Positions 44,691 to 57,574 of a stretch of DNA of 64,000 nucleotides are shown here, piece after piece (the first letter of the stretch is position 1; every line of letters begins with the position of its first letter). The notes below the pieces were generated by a model. It did not search any database, was not told where the DNA came from, and saw only the letters and a program-made list of their open reading frames with translations. Source of the stretch: Thermoanaerobaculia bacterium (GTDB taxonomy: Bacteria > Acidobacteriota > Thermoanaerobaculia > Multivoradales > JAGPDF01); the NCBI GenBank assembly GCA_963699245.1, contig OY969426.1, forward strand, positions 1,048,695 through 1,112,694. Reading direction: 5' to 3'. A program made the position numbers and the translations under genes.

Positions 44691-47600
44691 TCCGCGCTCC
44701 TTGGGGCGTCGGTCTCGAAGAGCTCTTCGTCCTCCGCCGCCGGCTGGCGGCCTGCGAGCCAGACATAGAAGAGAGGGACGAAGGCCACCGCCAGCACGGT
44801 GGCGACCAGCATGCCGCCGAGGACGCCCGTGCCCATCGAGCGCCGCGCCGCGGCGCCGGCGCCGGTCGAGATGGCGAGCGGCAGCACGCCGAGAATGAAG
44901 GCGAAGGAGGTCATCAGGATCGGGCGGAAGCGGAGCCGCGCCGCTTCGGCCGCCGCCTCGGTCGCCGACAGCCCCTTCTCGCGCTGCTGCGACGCGAACT
45001 CGACGATCAGGATGGCGTTCTTCGACGCCAGGCCGACCAGGGTGACGAGGCCGATCTGGAAGTAGACGTCGTTCGGCAGGCCACGCGCCCAGACCGCGGC
45101 CAGGGCGCCCAGGAAGCCGAAGGGGACCGCCAGCAGCACTGCCGCCGGCAGCGACCAGCGCTCGTACTGCGCCGCGAGGATCAGGAAGACGAAGATCATG
45201 CCGAGCAGCAGCACCTGCGCCGACGTCCCGCCGCTCTTCTTCTCCTCATAAGCCGTTCCCGTCCAGGCGATTCCGAAATCGTTCGGCAGCTCCTTCGCCG
45301 CCAGCTCCTCTACCGCCGCGATCGCCTCGGCCGAGCTCCTGCCGATCGCCGGCGCGCCGAGCAGCTTGACCGACGGGTAGAGATTGAAGCGCTCGAGCGT
45401 CTCGGCGCCGGCGCCGTACTCGATCCGGATCAGCGTTCCCAAGGGCACCATGGCGCCGGTCGAAGAGCGAACGAAGAACTTGTCGAGATCCTCGGGACGC
45501 GACCTGTAGGGCGCGTCCGCCTGCACCTGCACGCGATAGACGCGCCCGTCGCGGTCGAAGTCGTTGACGTAGAGCGAGCCGAAGGCCGCCTGCAGGGTGC
45601 CGAACACCTGGTCGACGCCGACCCCGAGCGAGCGCGCCTTCTCGCGGTCGAGCGACACCCGGATCTGCGGCGAGTCGGCGCGGAAGAGGGTGCGCACGCC
45701 GAGCAGGCGCGGATCCTGGTTGAGCTTGGCGATGAACTCCTGGGTGACCTGGGCGAGCCGCGGCGTTCCGCCACTCCCCTTGTTCTGGACGTAGACCTCG
45801 AAGCCGCCGGTCGAGCCGAGACCCTGGATCGGCGGCGGGTTGAAGGCGAAGACGAGCGCCTCCTTCATCCCCATCGTCTGGCCGAAGAAGCGCCCGATCG
45901 TGGCGTCGATGCCGAGCTCCGGCGCCTTGCGCTCGCTCCAGTGCTTCAGCATCACGAACATCGTCGACACCGAACTGTTGTTGCCGCCGCCGATGAAGTC
46001 GTAGCCGTTGATCGTGGCGACGTGGTCGATGGCCGGGTCGGAGAGGAGCAGCTTCTCCACCCGAACCGAATGCTCGTGGGTGCGGGTGAGCGACGAGCCG
46101 TCGGGCAGCAGCGAGGCGGCGATGAAGTACCCCTGATCCTCGAGCGGCACCAGCGCGCCGGGCACGACGCGGAAGAACGCGAAGGCCGCGAGCACGACGC
46201 CCAGAAAGAGCGCGAGCCCGAGCCGCGAGTGCCGGAGCATCCATCGCACGGTCGAGACGTAGCGGTTGGTGCCGCGGTGGAAGGTGTGGTTGAAGAGGCC
46301 GAAGAAGCCCCCCTCCGCCTCGCGGCGCTCGCGCAGGACGAGCGCGCAGAGCGCCGGCGAGAGCGTCAGGGCCACCAGGCCCGAGATCGTCACCGAGATG
46401 GCGATGGTGATCGCGAACTGCCGGTAGAGCTGTCCCGACAGGCCGCCGAGGAAGGCGACCGGCACGAAGACCGAGGCGAGCACGAGCACGATCGCGACCA
46501 CCGGTCCGGTGACTTCGCGCATCGACTCGAAGGCGGCCTCGCGCGCCGAGATCCGGCGCTCGGCCATCAGGCGCTCGGTGTTCTCCAGCACCACGATGGC
46601 GTCGTCGACCACGATGCCGATCGCCAGCACCAGACCGAACAGCGTCAGCGTGTTGATGGAGAAACCGAGCGCGTACATGCCGGCGAAGGTGCCGATGAGC
46701 GAAACCGGCACGGCGATCATCGGGATCAGCGTGGCGCGGAAGCTCTGCAGGAAGAGATAGACGACCAGGAAGACGAGCAGCATCGCCTCGCCGAGCGTCT
46801 TGACGACCTCCTCGATCGACACCTCGACGAAGCGCGTGGTGTCGAACGGAACGTGGTACTCGATGCCGGCCGGGAAGCGCGTGGCGAGCTCCGCGAGCTG
46901 GCGATTCAGGTTCGCCGCCGTCGACAGGGCATTCGCCCCGGGCTGCAGGAAGACGCCCAGGAAGACGGCGTCGCGGCCGTCGAGGCGCGCTTCGGAGCCG
47001 TAGTCCCTGGCTCCGAGCTCGATGCGCGCCACGTCGCCGAGCCGCAGGACGCGCCCCTCGGAGTCGGCACGCAGCACGATCGCCGCGAACTGCTCGGGAG
47101 ACTTCAGGCGGTCCTCGGCCGTCACCGTGTAGGTGAGCTGGACCTCGTCGGGCACCGGCTCGGCGCCGATCTTGCCCACCGCGTACTGGGCGTTTTGCTC
47201 CCGCACCACGCGCGTGACGTCCTCGACCGTCAGGCCGTACTGCGCGAGCAGGTCGGGGCGGAGCCAGATCCGCATCGCGAAGTCGCGGGCGCCGAAGATG
47301 ATCACGTTGCCGACGCCCGGCACGCGCTTGAGCGGTTCGAGCAGGTTGACCGAGGCGTAGTTCGACAGGAAGGTCGAATCGTAGGTCCCGTCCGGCGAGG
47401 TGAAGGTGACGATCTGGATGAAGCTGGTGCTCTGCTTCTGCACCGTGACGCCGTTGCGGCGCACCTCTTCGGGCAGGCGCGGCTCGGCGAGCCGCACCCG
47501 GTTGGCGACGTTGTTGGCGGCGAGGTCGACGTCGGTGCCGACCTCGAAGGTGACGTTGGTGGTCACGACACCCGCGCTGGTGCAGATCGAGGTGACGTAG

Positions 47601-47830
47601 AGCATTCCCTCGACGCCGTTGATCTGCTCCTCGATCGGCGCCGCGACGGTCTGCTGCAGCGCCTCGGCCGTGGCGCCGGGATAGATCGAGGTGACGGTCA
47701 CCTGCGGCGGCGAGATGTCCGGGTACTGCGCCACCGGCAGGTTGAAGATCGCCGCCAGCCCGGCGAGGACGATGAGGATCGAGATGACGCTGGCGAAGAT
47801 CGGCCGTCGAATGAAGAAGTGGGAGAACAT
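44687..47830 (-). CDS. RND multidrug efflux transporter (AcrB/MexB-like, HAE1)
   Basis: 1047 aa. The N-terminus is canonical (MFSHFFIRRPIFASVISILIVLAGL). It has 12 TM and two large periplasmic loops. Confidence 0.95.
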   Translation of the reverse strand: MFSHFFIRRPIFASVISILIVLAGLAAIFNLPVAQYPDISPPQVTVTSIYPGATAEALQQTVAAPIEEQINGVEGMLYVTSICTSAGVVTTNVTFEVGTDVDLAANNVANRVRLAEPRLPEEVRRNGVTVQKQSTSFIQIVTFTSPDGTYDSTFLSNYASVNLLEPLKRVPGVGNVIIFGARDFAMRIWLRPDLLAQYGLTVEDVTRVVREQNAQYAVGKIGAEPVPDEVQLTYTVTAEDRLKSPEQFAAIVLRADSEGRVLRLGDVARIELGARDYGSEARLDGRDAVFLGVFLQPGANALSTAANLNRQLAELATRFPAGIEYHVPFDTTRFVEVSIEEVVKTLGEAMLLVFLVVYLFLQSFRATLIPMIAVPVSLIGTFAGMYALGFSINTLTLFGLVLAIGIVVDDAIVVLENTERLMAERRISAREAAFESMREVTGPVVAIVLVLASVFVPVAFLGGLSGQLYRQFAITIAISVTISGLVALTLSPALCALVLRERREAEGGFFGLFNHTFHRGTNRYVSTVRWMLRHSRLGLALFLGVVLAAFAFFRVVPGALVPLEDQGYFIAASLLPDGSSLTRTHEHSVRVEKLLLSDPAIDHVATINGYDFIGGGNNSSVSTMFVMLKHWSERKAPELGIDATIGRFFGQTMGMKEALVFAFNPPPIQGLGSTGGFEVYVQNKGSGGTPRLAQVTQEFIAKLNQDPRLLGVRTLFRADSPQIRVSLDREKARSLGVGVDQVFGTLQAAFGSLYVNDFDRDGRVYRVQVQADAPYRSRPEDLDKFFVRSSTGAMVPLGTLIRIEYGAGAETLERFNLYPSVKLLGAPAIGRSSAEAIAAVEELAAKELPNDFGIAWTGTAYEEKKSGGTSAQVLLLGMIFVFLILAAQYERWSLPAAVLLAVPFGFLGALAAVWARGLPNDVYFQIGLVTLVGLASKNAILIVEFASQQREKGLSATEAAAEAARLRFRPILMTSFAFILGVLPLAISTGAGAAARRSMGTGVLGGMLVATVLAVAFVPLFYVWLAGRQPAAEDEELFETDAPRSAE

Positions 47831-47843
47831 CGCGTCCCCGTCC

Positions 47844-48992
47844 TCAGTTCCCGGCCGGCGGCTCGCCGGCGGCCTCCGGCGCGGCGATCACGACCGGCGC
47901 GCCCGGGCGCACCTTGACCATGCCGTCGACGATGACGCGATCTCCCGACGCGAGCCCCGACTCCACGACCCAGTCCGACCCGATCCAGGGACCCACCTCG
48001 ACCGGCCGCATCTCGGCGAGGTCCCCCGCCCCGACGACGTAGACGAACTTCCCGTTCTGGCCCTGCAGCACCGCGCGCTGCGGAACGAGCACCGCCCCAG
48101 CCCGCTCGATGCCGAGCAGCTTGACGCGCACGAACTGGCCCGGAATGAGGTCGCCGGCCCGGTTCGGGACCTCGGCGCGCAGGTCGACCGAGCCGGTCTC
48201 GGCGCCGATCATCGAGTCGGAGAAATTCACTTTCCCCCGCTCCGGGTAGACCGAACCGTCGGCGAGGACGATCTGAATCTCGCTCCCTCCCGCTTCGGGG
48301 GCCGAGATCACTTTCCGGAGCGCCAGCAGCGTCGCCTCCGGCACGCTGAAGCGGACCCACATCGGCTGGACCTGCGAGATCCGGGTCAGCAGGCCGCGGT
48401 CGCCCGGCTCGACGAGGCTCCCCTCGGAGTAGAGCGCGCGCGACGACAGGCCGGAGATCGGCGCCTGGACGCGGGTGTAGGAGAGGTCGAGTCGGGCGCG
48501 ATCGAGCCGTGCCTGCGCCGACAGCACGCCGGCGCGGGACTGCTCGACTTCGGCGATGGCGTCGTCGTACTGGCGCCGGCTGGTGGCATTGGCGGCGATC
48601 AGCCGCTCGAGCCGGGCGGCCTCGCGCTCGGCGCGCGAGCGCCGCGCATCGGCCTCGGCGAGCGATGCCTCCGCCGCCTGCACTTCGGCGCGGTAGGGCG
48701 CCGGATCGATGACGAAGAGAGTCTGGCCCTTGCTGACCGGCCGCCCCTCCTGGTAGCTGCGCTCGAGGAGGATGCCCGAAACCCGCGCCCGGACCTCGAC
48801 CTCGCGCGAGCCCTCGACTCGCGCCGTGTACTCGTAGGGCAGCTCGACGTTGCGGAGCTCGACGGTCGCGATGTTCACCTGCGGCGGAGGGGGCGTGAAG
48901 GCGGCCGCGCCGCCCGACTTGGAGCCGCCGCAGGCGACGAGGAGAAGCGGCGCCCCGCCGAACAGGGTGGCGCGGAGAAGAGTTCTGTTCAA
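47844..48992 (-). CDS. RND efflux periplasmic adaptor (AcrA/MexA-like) lipoprotein
   Basis: 382 aa. TTG at 48992 is preceded by GGAGGA. The lipobox is LLLVAC. HlyD-like coiled-coil and barrel regions are present. Confidence 0.9.
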   Translation of the reverse strand: MNRTLLRATLFGGAPLLLVACGGSKSGGAAAFTPPPPQVNIATVELRNVELPYEYTARVEGSREVEVRARVSGILLERSYQEGRPVSKGQTLFVIDPAPYRAEVQAAEASLAEADARRSRAEREAARLERLIAANATSRRQYDDAIAEVEQSRAGVLSAQARLDRARLDLSYTRVQAPISGLSSRALYSEGSLVEPGDRGLLTRISQVQPMWVRFSVPEATLLALRKVISAPEAGGSEIQIVLADGSVYPERGKVNFSDSMIGAETGSVDLRAEVPNRAGDLIPGQFVRVKLLGIERAGAVLVPQRAVLQGQNGKFVYVVGAGDLAEMRPVEVGPWIGSDWVVESGLASGDRVIVDGMVKVRPGAPVVIAAPEAAGEPPAGN

Positions 48993-49143
48993 GGCATCCT
49001 CCGAAAGGTCGACTGCCTGCGGGTAAGTACGGATCGGGCTGCCGGAGGTTCGCGGCGGCGCCAGGGCGCCGCCGGAGGCGCCGTCGAAAGGGCGGAGCGT
49101 CCCCCCCGGACGCCGGCAGTCTACCGAATCCGCGGCGCCGGCC

Positions 49144-50064
49144 TCAGAAGATCTCGGCGACGCAGCAGCGCAGGCTGCCGCCCGCCTTCTCGATCTCGTC
49201 GAGCGGCACGGAGCGGATCGCGAAGCCCCAGGCGGCGAGGCGCTCGCGGCTCTCCGGCCGCAGGGCGGCGGCGGCGCGGGCGCTCATCCAGACCTCGTCC
49301 CCGGCGAGCGCGATGCAGTTGCCGGCGAAGGCGAGCTTCTCCTCGTCGGAGAGGAAGAGCGCCCGGCCGTCGTAGGCGGCGGCGATCGCCGCGGGCACCT
49401 CGGGATCGACGAACGAACCGGCATGCAGGACGACCGCGCGTCCAGCGAGGACCGACAGAACGACGTTGGTGTGGTACTCGCTCGGCGAGAGCTCGAAGAC
49501 GAAAGTCAGTGCCAGGCCGAATGCGTCCTGCATCGCCGCCGCCCCGGCACGGTCGCAACGGCTGGTGAGGCCGCAGTAGCCGATGCGGCGTGGGTGGTCG
49601 ATGACCAGCGGGCCGGTCAGCTCCGCGACCAGGTCGTCGCGCTCCGACAGGTCGATCGTCGCGTAACCGAGGGCGCGCTCGAACCAGTGACGGATGTCGG
49701 CGCGCTCCGCCTCGCGGCGTCGCACCGGGTGTCGCATGCGACCCACGACCAGCCGGCCGGGAGCGGTGGCGAAGACGTTGTTCGGGAAGACGGCGTCCGG
49801 CGTCTCTGCCTGTCCGGGAAAGGCGACCACCGGCAGCGTGCTGCCGATGGCGGCGGCGAGAGCCGCGTGCTCGGCCAGGGCCCGCGCCTCGGAAGTCTCG
49901 GTGCCGTGCACCATGTAAAGGTTGTCGCGCTCGGACTCCTCGGCGAGCCGGAAGCCCACCGGCGTGACCAGCAGGGCGCCGCGCGCGGTCGCCGCCGCGC
50001 CCGGAGCCGGGGGCGGCAGCGCAGCGAGCGCCGCGCGGAAGGCGGCGGGAGAATCGACGATCAC
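49144..50064 (-). CDS. amidinotransferase-superfamily protein (DDAH / arginine deiminase-related)
   Basis: 306 aa with a GTG start. The C-terminal GGSLRCCVAEIF is the catalytic-Cys signature of guanidino-group-modifying enzymes. Confidence 0.65.
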   Translation of the reverse strand: MIVDSPAAFRAALAALPPPAPGAAATARGALLVTPVGFRLAEESERDNLYMVHGTETSEARALAEHAALAAAIGSTLPVVAFPGQAETPDAVFPNNVFATAPGRLVVGRMRHPVRRREAERADIRHWFERALGYATIDLSERDDLVAELTGPLVIDHPRRIGYCGLTSRCDRAGAAAMQDAFGLALTFVFELSPSEYHTNVVLSVLAGRAVVLHAGSFVDPEVPAAIAAAYDGRALFLSDEEKLAFAGNCIALAGDEVWMSARAAAALRPESRERLAAWGFAIRSVPLDEIEKAGGSLRCCVAEIF

Positions 50065-50080
50065 CGCGCCGCCGATCCGG

Positions 50081-50857
50081 TCAACCGGCGCCGCCGCCGC
50101 CCTTGCCGCTGCGCTCGGCGCGGAAGGCCGCCCGCAGCCAGTCGCGGTTCATCATGGCGATGAAGTCGATCGAGATCCCCTTCGGGCAGACCGCCTCGCA
50201 CTCGCCGTAGTTGGTGCAGCTTCCGAAGGCCTCCTTCTCGAGCTGCGCCACCATGCGGTCGACCCGCTGCCAGCGCTCCGGCTGGCCCTGCGGCAGGAGC
50301 GCGAAGTGCGAGACCTTGGCGGCGGTGAAGAGCTGCGCGGCGCCGTTCGGGCACTGCGCGACGCAGGCGCCGCAGCCGATGCACTGCGCGGCGTCCATCG
50401 CCACGTCGGCATCGTGCTTCGGCACCGGGATGGCATTGCCGTCGGGCGCCGAGCCGGTGTTGACCGAGACGTAGCCTCCCGCCTGCACGATGCGGTCGAA
50501 AGCGCTGCGGTCGACGACCAGGTCGCGGAGCACCGGGAAAGCCTTGGCGCGCCAGGGCTCGAGGGTCAGCTCGTCGCCATCCGCGAAGTGGCGCATGTGG
50601 AGCTGGCAGACGGTGGTCGCCTTCATCTTGCCGTGGGCGACGCCGTCGATGACGAAGCCGCAGGTGCCGCAGATGCCCTCGCGGCAGTCGTGGTCGAAAG
50701 CGACCGGCTCCTCGCCCTTCTCGATCAGCCGTTCGTTCAGCACGTCGAGCATCTCGAGGAACGACATGTCGGGGCTGACGTCGGGCAGCTCGTAGCGCAC
50801 CAGGCGCCCGGCGGCCTGCGGCCCCGGCTGCCGCCAGATGTTGAGGGTCAGTTTCAT
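50081..50857 (-). CDS. sdhB: succinate dehydrogenase / fumarate reductase iron-sulfur subunit
   Basis: 258 aa from ATG 50857. The Cys clusters are [22 protein letters not shown] and [12 protein letters not shown]. Confidence 0.9.
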   Translation of the reverse strand: MKLTLNIWRQPGPQAAGRLVRYELPDVSPDMSFLEMLDVLNERLIEKGEEPVAFDHDCREGICGTCGFVIDGVAHGKMKATTVCQLHMRHFADGDELTLEPWRAKAFPVLRDLVVDRSAFDRIVQAGGYVSVNTGSAPDGNAIPVPKHDADVAMDAAQCIGCGACVAQCPNGAAQLFTAAKVSHFALLPQGQPERWQRVDRMVAQLEKEAFGSCTNYGECEAVCPKGISIDFIAMMNRDWLRAAFRAERSGKGGGGAG

Positions 50858-50877
50858 CGGGGAAGCTCCGCCGCCGC

Positions 50878-52818
<1,941 letters not shown>

Positions 52819-52822
<4 letters not shown>

Positions 52823-53523
52823 CGGACGACCCCCGCGAGCACGGCGATCGGGAACGAGACGTTGCCGACCGTCACCACGATGGCGAATGCGGCGGCGAAC
52901 GTTCGCCGCCACGGGTTGAACTTGGGATTGTTCCAGCCGAGCGTCTGGCAGAGGCTCCAGATGCCGTGGAAGAGGTGGAGGCCGAGCGCCAGGTTGGCGA
53001 CGATGTAAAGGCCGGCGATCGGCAGGCGCAGGAAGCTGGCCACCAGGTTGTCGTGCACCTGTCCCGCCACGAAGGCCGGGTTGGCCCAGCCGAACGTGAG
53101 GTCGGCGAGATGGTAGGCGATGAAGAGCGCCAGGATCACGCCGCCCCAGCGCATGGTGCGGGACGCGTAGGTCGACTGCACGGTGGCGCTCTTCAGGTAC
53201 TTGACCGGCCGCGCCGCCCAGCTCTGCCGCGTCACCTCCCAGGCCGACCAGAGGTGCAGGACGACGCAGGCGAGCAGCACGAAGCGCACGATCCACAGCG
53301 CCTGCCCGTGGCCGAGCACCGGAGCGCCGATCTCGCGCAGCGCCTCGCCGTAGACGTCGATCTTCCAGGCGCCGGCGTGCGGACCGTCGGCATAGCGGCC
53401 CTGGTAGAGCTTCAGGTTGCCGAACATGTGGCCGAAGACGAAACCGATCAGGACGATGCCGCTCATGGCCATCACGGCCTTCTTGCCGACGGCACTCCTC
53501 AGGAGCGAGAACTTGCCTTGCAT
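52819..53523 (-). CDS. sdhC: succinate dehydrogenase cytochrome b subunit (b558-type)
   Basis: 234 aa from ATG 53523, with GGAGGG upstream. It has five hydrophobic helices with conserved His residues. Its stop overlaps the sdhA start (ATGA). Confidence 0.8.
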
Positions 53524-53599
53524 CAGCCCTCCGTGCCCGTTGGCCCGATTGTAGTCGCCTTCCGCAGCGGTCCCTCCCGCCTGCAAGGGCGGGAGCTCT

Positions 53600-54952
53600 T
53601 CAGGAATTTCGCCGGCCGCGCCGGCCCCTGCGGCGGCCGCGCTGCGGGCGCGCCGGCGCGTCGGCGGCGTCCCGGGCCTGGGCAGGCGGCTCCTGCGCTC
53701 CCGCCAGCACCGGCCGCCGCCGCGCCGCGGCCTGCCACTGCGCGAGCTCCTGGAGCCCCTCGCCGGTCGCCTCCGCCAGGAGCTCGAAGAGCCAGAGCGC
53801 GCCGGGGAAGAAGCTCCTCGCCGCCATGCGCATCCGCTCGGCGCCGCTCGCCGGTGGCTCGCAGAGTCGCAGGAAGCCGTTGAGGGCCTCGGTGGTCTGG
53901 CGGGTCCGCTCCTTCGACAGCACGAAGCGCTTGACGAAGGGCTCGATGACCTCCTCCACCATGAGGCCGAGCTGCTCGCGCCGCAGCGGCCGGGCGGCGG
54001 CGCGCTCGCGGTCGTAGCGCGCCAGCAGGACAGCGGGCAGGAGCAGCACGGCGAGCAGTCCGCCGTCCGGGATCTCGCGGCCCGCCGCCATCTTGCGATC
54101 GAGCACCGGCAGCAGCCGGCCGAACTCTCCGAGGCCGCGCTCGGCGGCAACGATCATCGCGCGTGCTTCGGGGAGGAGCGACTCGAGCAGCCCGAGGTCG
54201 AGCATCCACTGGAGCGCCGCCCCCGAGCTGCCGCAGCGCAGGAGCTCGAGCAGCTCCTCGGTGACGCGCGCCGGCGAGGCGCGCTCGATCTCGCGCCGCA
54301 GATCGTGGATCGCGGCCTGCGTCTCGTTCTCGACCACGAAGCCGAGCCGCCCGGCGAGCTCGCACGCGCGCATCATGCGAACCGGGTCCTCGCGGAAGCG
54401 GACGCGCGGATCGCCGATCGTGCGGATGAGCTTCAACTCGAGGTCGCGAACCCCTTCGAGGCAGTCGAGCACGGCGAAGTCGGAGATGTCGTAGAAGAGC
54501 GCGTTGATCGTGAAGTCGCGCCGCCAGGCGTCCTGCTCGGGCGTGCCGAAAGCGTTGTCGTTGGTGATCAGCAGGTCGTCCGGCGAGCCGTTGCCCTGCT
54601 CGGCCGGATCGGGATCGCGGCGGAAGGTGGAGACTTCGACGACGTGGTCCTTGAACAGGACGTGCACCAGCCGGAATCGGCGGCCGATGATGCGCGAGTT
54701 GCGGAAGAGGCGGCGCACCTCGGGGGGACGCGCGTCGGTCGCCACGTCGAAGTCCTTCGGCGTGCGGCCGAGCAGCAGGTCGCGCACGCTGCCGCCGACG
54801 AGGTAGCCGAGATATCCCGCCTGCGAGAGGCGATAGAGGACCTTCAGCGCATCCGGATGGATGCCCTTTCGCGAGATCGAATGCTCGGAGCGCGGGATGC
54901 GACGGAAGCCGGTCGCGGGGACGTCGGAGCTCAAGCGCCCTGCATTGTACAA
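53600..54952 (-). CDS. pcnB: poly(A) polymerase I / tRNA nucleotidyltransferase-family protein
   Basis: 450 aa. TTG is the only in-frame start. The motifs are YLVGGSVRDLLLG..KDFDVAT and RDFTINALFYD. The Arg-rich C-terminal tail is typical of PcnB. Confidence 0.8.
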   Translation of the reverse strand: MYNAGRLSSDVPATGFRRIPRSEHSISRKGIHPDALKVLYRLSQAGYLGYLVGGSVRDLLLGRTPKDFDVATDARPPEVRRLFRNSRIIGRRFRLVHVLFKDHVVEVSTFRRDPDPAEQGNGSPDDLLITNDNAFGTPEQDAWRRDFTINALFYDISDFAVLDCLEGVRDLELKLIRTIGDPRVRFREDPVRMMRACELAGRLGFVVENETQAAIHDLRREIERASPARVTEELLELLRCGSSGAALQWMLDLGLLESLLPEARAMIVAAERGLGEFGRLLPVLDRKMAAGREIPDGGLLAVLLLPAVLLARYDRERAAARPLRREQLGLMVEEVIEPFVKRFVLSKERTRQTTEALNGFLRLCEPPASGAERMRMAARSFFPGALWLFELLAEATGEGLQELAQWQAAARRRPVLAGAQEPPAQARDAADAPARPQRGRRRGRRGRRNS

Positions 54953-54956
54953 CTTG

Positions 54957-56408
54957 TCAGACCGACGCCACGACGGTGCGGTCGCGGCCGAGCCGCTTCG
55001 CCTCGTAGCAGGCCCGGTCGGCCTCCCGCAGGAGCGCCGCGGCGTCGAACGGGGCAGTGCTCGCCGCAGCTCCGCCGACGCTGACCGTCATTTGCAACTC
55101 TCCGAGCCGGGGGATGGCCGCCATCGCCGCGCCGGCGACCGCGGCACGCAGGCGCTCGGCGATCATGGCGGCCTCGGCCGGCGAGGTGTGCGGCAGGACG
55201 ACCACGAACTCCTCGCCCCCCCAGCGGAAGAGCAGGTCCGTCTCGCGCAGGCTGCCGGCGAGACGGGCCGCCAGCCGCTCGAGGACGAGATCGCCGTTCT
55301 CGTGGCCGCAGCGATCGTTGATCTCCTTGAAACGGTCGCCGTCGACGAGCAGCAGGCCGACGCCGAGCCCGAGCCGGCGGCTGCGCTCGGCCTCGCGCGC
55401 GAAGAGCTCGGCGAAGGCGCGGCGGTTGTAGCAGCCGGTCAGGCTGTCGCGGCGCGCTTCGCGGCGCTGCCGCTCCCCGAGCCGCGCCAGCGCGGTCGAG
55501 AACATCGCCGTGGCGACGATCAGCGAAACCACCAGCAGGCCCTGCACCACCACGATCTCGCGCAGCCGGTCGAGCAGCGGCCCGCCGTGCGCCAGCTGAG
55601 GCACCTCCGCGCGCAGCGCGAGCACCGCCTGCCGCACACCGAGGAAGACCACCAGCACGAGCGCCGACATCGCCGCGACCACCATCGCCACGCCTCGCGT
55701 GTAGGTGAACTCGTGGCGCGCCGGCGGCTCGAACTGGCGGTCGATCCAGCGTCGCGCCCGCGGCCCGAGAAAGTGGAGCAGCGGCAGCACCACGACGACG
55801 AGCTGCAGGAAATCGCCGAGCACCCAGCCGCGGAAGACCCGCTGCCCCGCCATCGGATCCAGGCCGTGCGCGCTGTTCCAGAGGATCGCCGCCAGCGCGC
55901 CGGTCACTGCCGCCACCAGCCCGCCGCCGAGGAAGGACCGCAGGTCGCGCCAGCGTCTCAGGTCGGGATCGATGCGCAGGCCGACCATCAGCCCCCAGAG
56001 CATCAGCGTCTCGATCGGGCCCGCCAGCGCGAAGAGCGCGCTGCTGCCGGCCGGCAATCCGCTCGTGAGGGCGCTCGCCAGGTTGGCGAGATAGATCGGA
56101 ATGGCGCCCCAGGCCGGGCCGATCCAGATCGAGAGCAGCACCGAGATGACGAACGCCGGATAGAGCGTGGCGTCGAAGGTCAACCCGAGCACGCGAATCT
56201 CGAGTCCGGTCCATTCGAGGCGGACCACCGCGACGCCGGTGGCAATCGAGACCAGCGTCGCCAGGAGCCAGCCGGCGGCGAGCGCGCGCAGGCGCGGGCT
56301 CCTGACGGCGCCGGCGAGCTCGCCGATCGACCACCAGCCCGGACCGCGGGCGAGCAGGCCCGGGCCCGAATCGGAGAGCGCGGAAGCCTGGGACGAGGGA
56401 GCGCTCAC
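54957..56408 (-). CDS. membrane-anchored diguanylate cyclase (GGDEF)
   Basis: 483 aa with a GTG start. It has about 8 N-terminal TM helices and then a GGDEF domain (RDSLTGCYNRRAF, DGDRFKEINDRCGHENGD, RWGGEEFVVVL). Confidence 0.9.
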   Translation of the reverse strand: MSAPSSQASALSDSGPGLLARGPGWWSIGELAGAVRSPRLRALAAGWLLATLVSIATGVAVVRLEWTGLEIRVLGLTFDATLYPAFVISVLLSIWIGPAWGAIPIYLANLASALTSGLPAGSSALFALAGPIETLMLWGLMVGLRIDPDLRRWRDLRSFLGGGLVAAVTGALAAILWNSAHGLDPMAGQRVFRGWVLGDFLQLVVVVLPLLHFLGPRARRWIDRQFEPPARHEFTYTRGVAMVVAAMSALVLVVFLGVRQAVLALRAEVPQLAHGGPLLDRLREIVVVQGLLVVSLIVATAMFSTALARLGERQRREARRDSLTGCYNRRAFAELFAREAERSRRLGLGVGLLLVDGDRFKEINDRCGHENGDLVLERLAARLAGSLRETDLLFRWGGEEFVVVLPHTSPAEAAMIAERLRAAVAGAAMAAIPRLGELQMTVSVGGAAASTAPFDAAALLREADRACYEAKRLGRDRTVVASV

Positions 56409-57574
56409 GGGTCGACGGCCTTCCGATGCTCCGGCGCGGTCGACGGTTCCGCCGCCGCGACGGCGAGACCGAGATCCTCGTAGATCGCCGCCGTCAAGCG
56501 CTCGAAACGGGCGCGGTGGATCTCGTCCTCCGGCAGCCCGTTGACCGCCAGCGCGACGACCAGCCCGGCGTCCGGATCGCAGAAGGCGACCGAGGAGCGC
56601 GCCCCGCTGTGGCCGAAGGTCCGCGGGCCAGCGTTAGGACCGTAACCGTAGGGCACGCGCGCCTCGCCGTAGTGCGCCGAGTTGACGATCACGCCGAGGC
56701 CCCAGTCGAGCCGCGCCTTGAAGGTCTGGTCGACCAGGCCGACCCGGTGACGGGCCGCGAGCGCCTCGACGCTCTGCGGCCGCAGGATCGGCGCTCCGCC
56801 GCCGGCCAGGCACTCGTAGAAGCGCCCGAGCTCGGCGAGCGGCCCGCAGCCGTTGCCGCCTGGGCTCGGCGCGACCAGCTTCGCATCAGCGGTGAGATCG
56901 GTCGGCGCGAAACCCGGGTCGAGCGCCGCGTACATCGGCGCGATCCGCGGCCGCTCGGCGGCGAGCTCCGCCGCCGCCACGCCGATCGAGGAGCTCGCCA
57001 GCCCGAGCGGCCGGCAGATCTCCTCGCGCACGAAGTCTTCGCACGCGCGGCCGTCGAGCCTCCGGATCAGCTCGCCGAGCACGAACCAGCTCGAGGTCAG
57101 GTGGTAGCCGGCCTTGCGCCCCGGGATCCACCCGGGCTCGAGCGGCCGGGCGCAGATGCGGGCGACGATCTCTTCCCGGGGACGATCGGGCCAGCCGGTG
57201 TCGAGCATGCGGATGCCCGAGGTGTGGGTGAGGAGATGGCGGATGGTGACGCCCTGCTTGCCGCCGGCGGCGAATTCCGGAAGGTGGAGCGCGACGGAAT
57301 CGTCGAGCCCGAGCGCGCCGCGCTCCCAGAGGACGATGATGGCGACCGCAGTGACCGGCTTGGTCGCCGAGAGCCAGAGCATCCGGTGGCTGCGGGTCAT
57401 CGGCTCGCCGGGGCGAACCTCGCCGAAGCCGGCGTCGGCGAGCGCCTCGCCGCGCCGCGAGAGGTAGATCTGCCCTCCGAGCTGCAGCCCTCCGGCGGTC
57501 CCCCGCTCGAGCTCGGCGACGGTGCGCGGCAACCGCGCCGCGTCGAGCGCGCCGTCGGCGCTCAGCGCGGCCAC
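56405..57574 (-). CDS. serine hydrolase, beta-lactamase family
   Basis: About 389 aa. It has the SxxK motif (WLSATKPVT), LLTHTSG and a class-C/EstB-like layout. The start is taken as GTG at 57574, which gives a 13-nt overlap with apaH. Confidence 0.8.
   Translation of the reverse strand: MAALSADGALDAARLPRTVAELERGTAGGLQLGGQIYLSRRGEALADAGFGEVRPGEPMTRSHRMLWLSATKPVTAVAIIVLWERGALGLDDSVALHLPEFAAGGKQGVTIRHLLTHTSGIRMLDTGWPDRPREEIVARICARPLEPGWIPGRKAGYHLTSSWFVLGELIRRLDGRACEDFVREEICRPLGLASSSIGVAAAELAAERPRIAPMYAALDPGFAPTDLTADAKLVAPSPGGNGCGPLAELGRFYECLAGGGAPILRPQSVEALAARHRVGLVDQTFKARLDWGLGVIVNSAHYGEARVPYGYGPNAGPRTFGHSGARSSVAFCDPDAGLVVALAVNGLPEDEIHRARFERLTAAIYEDLGLAVAAAEPSTAPEHRKAVDP

Noticed and set aside
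53574-53595. 8-bp GC hairpin (CTCCCGCC/GGCGGGAG) just after pcnB as an intrinsic terminator
   Set aside because: No T-tract follows it on the minus strand, and it lies about 50 nt upstream of sdhC. I cannot distinguish a terminator from a 5'-UTR structure or chance pairing in GC-rich DNA.
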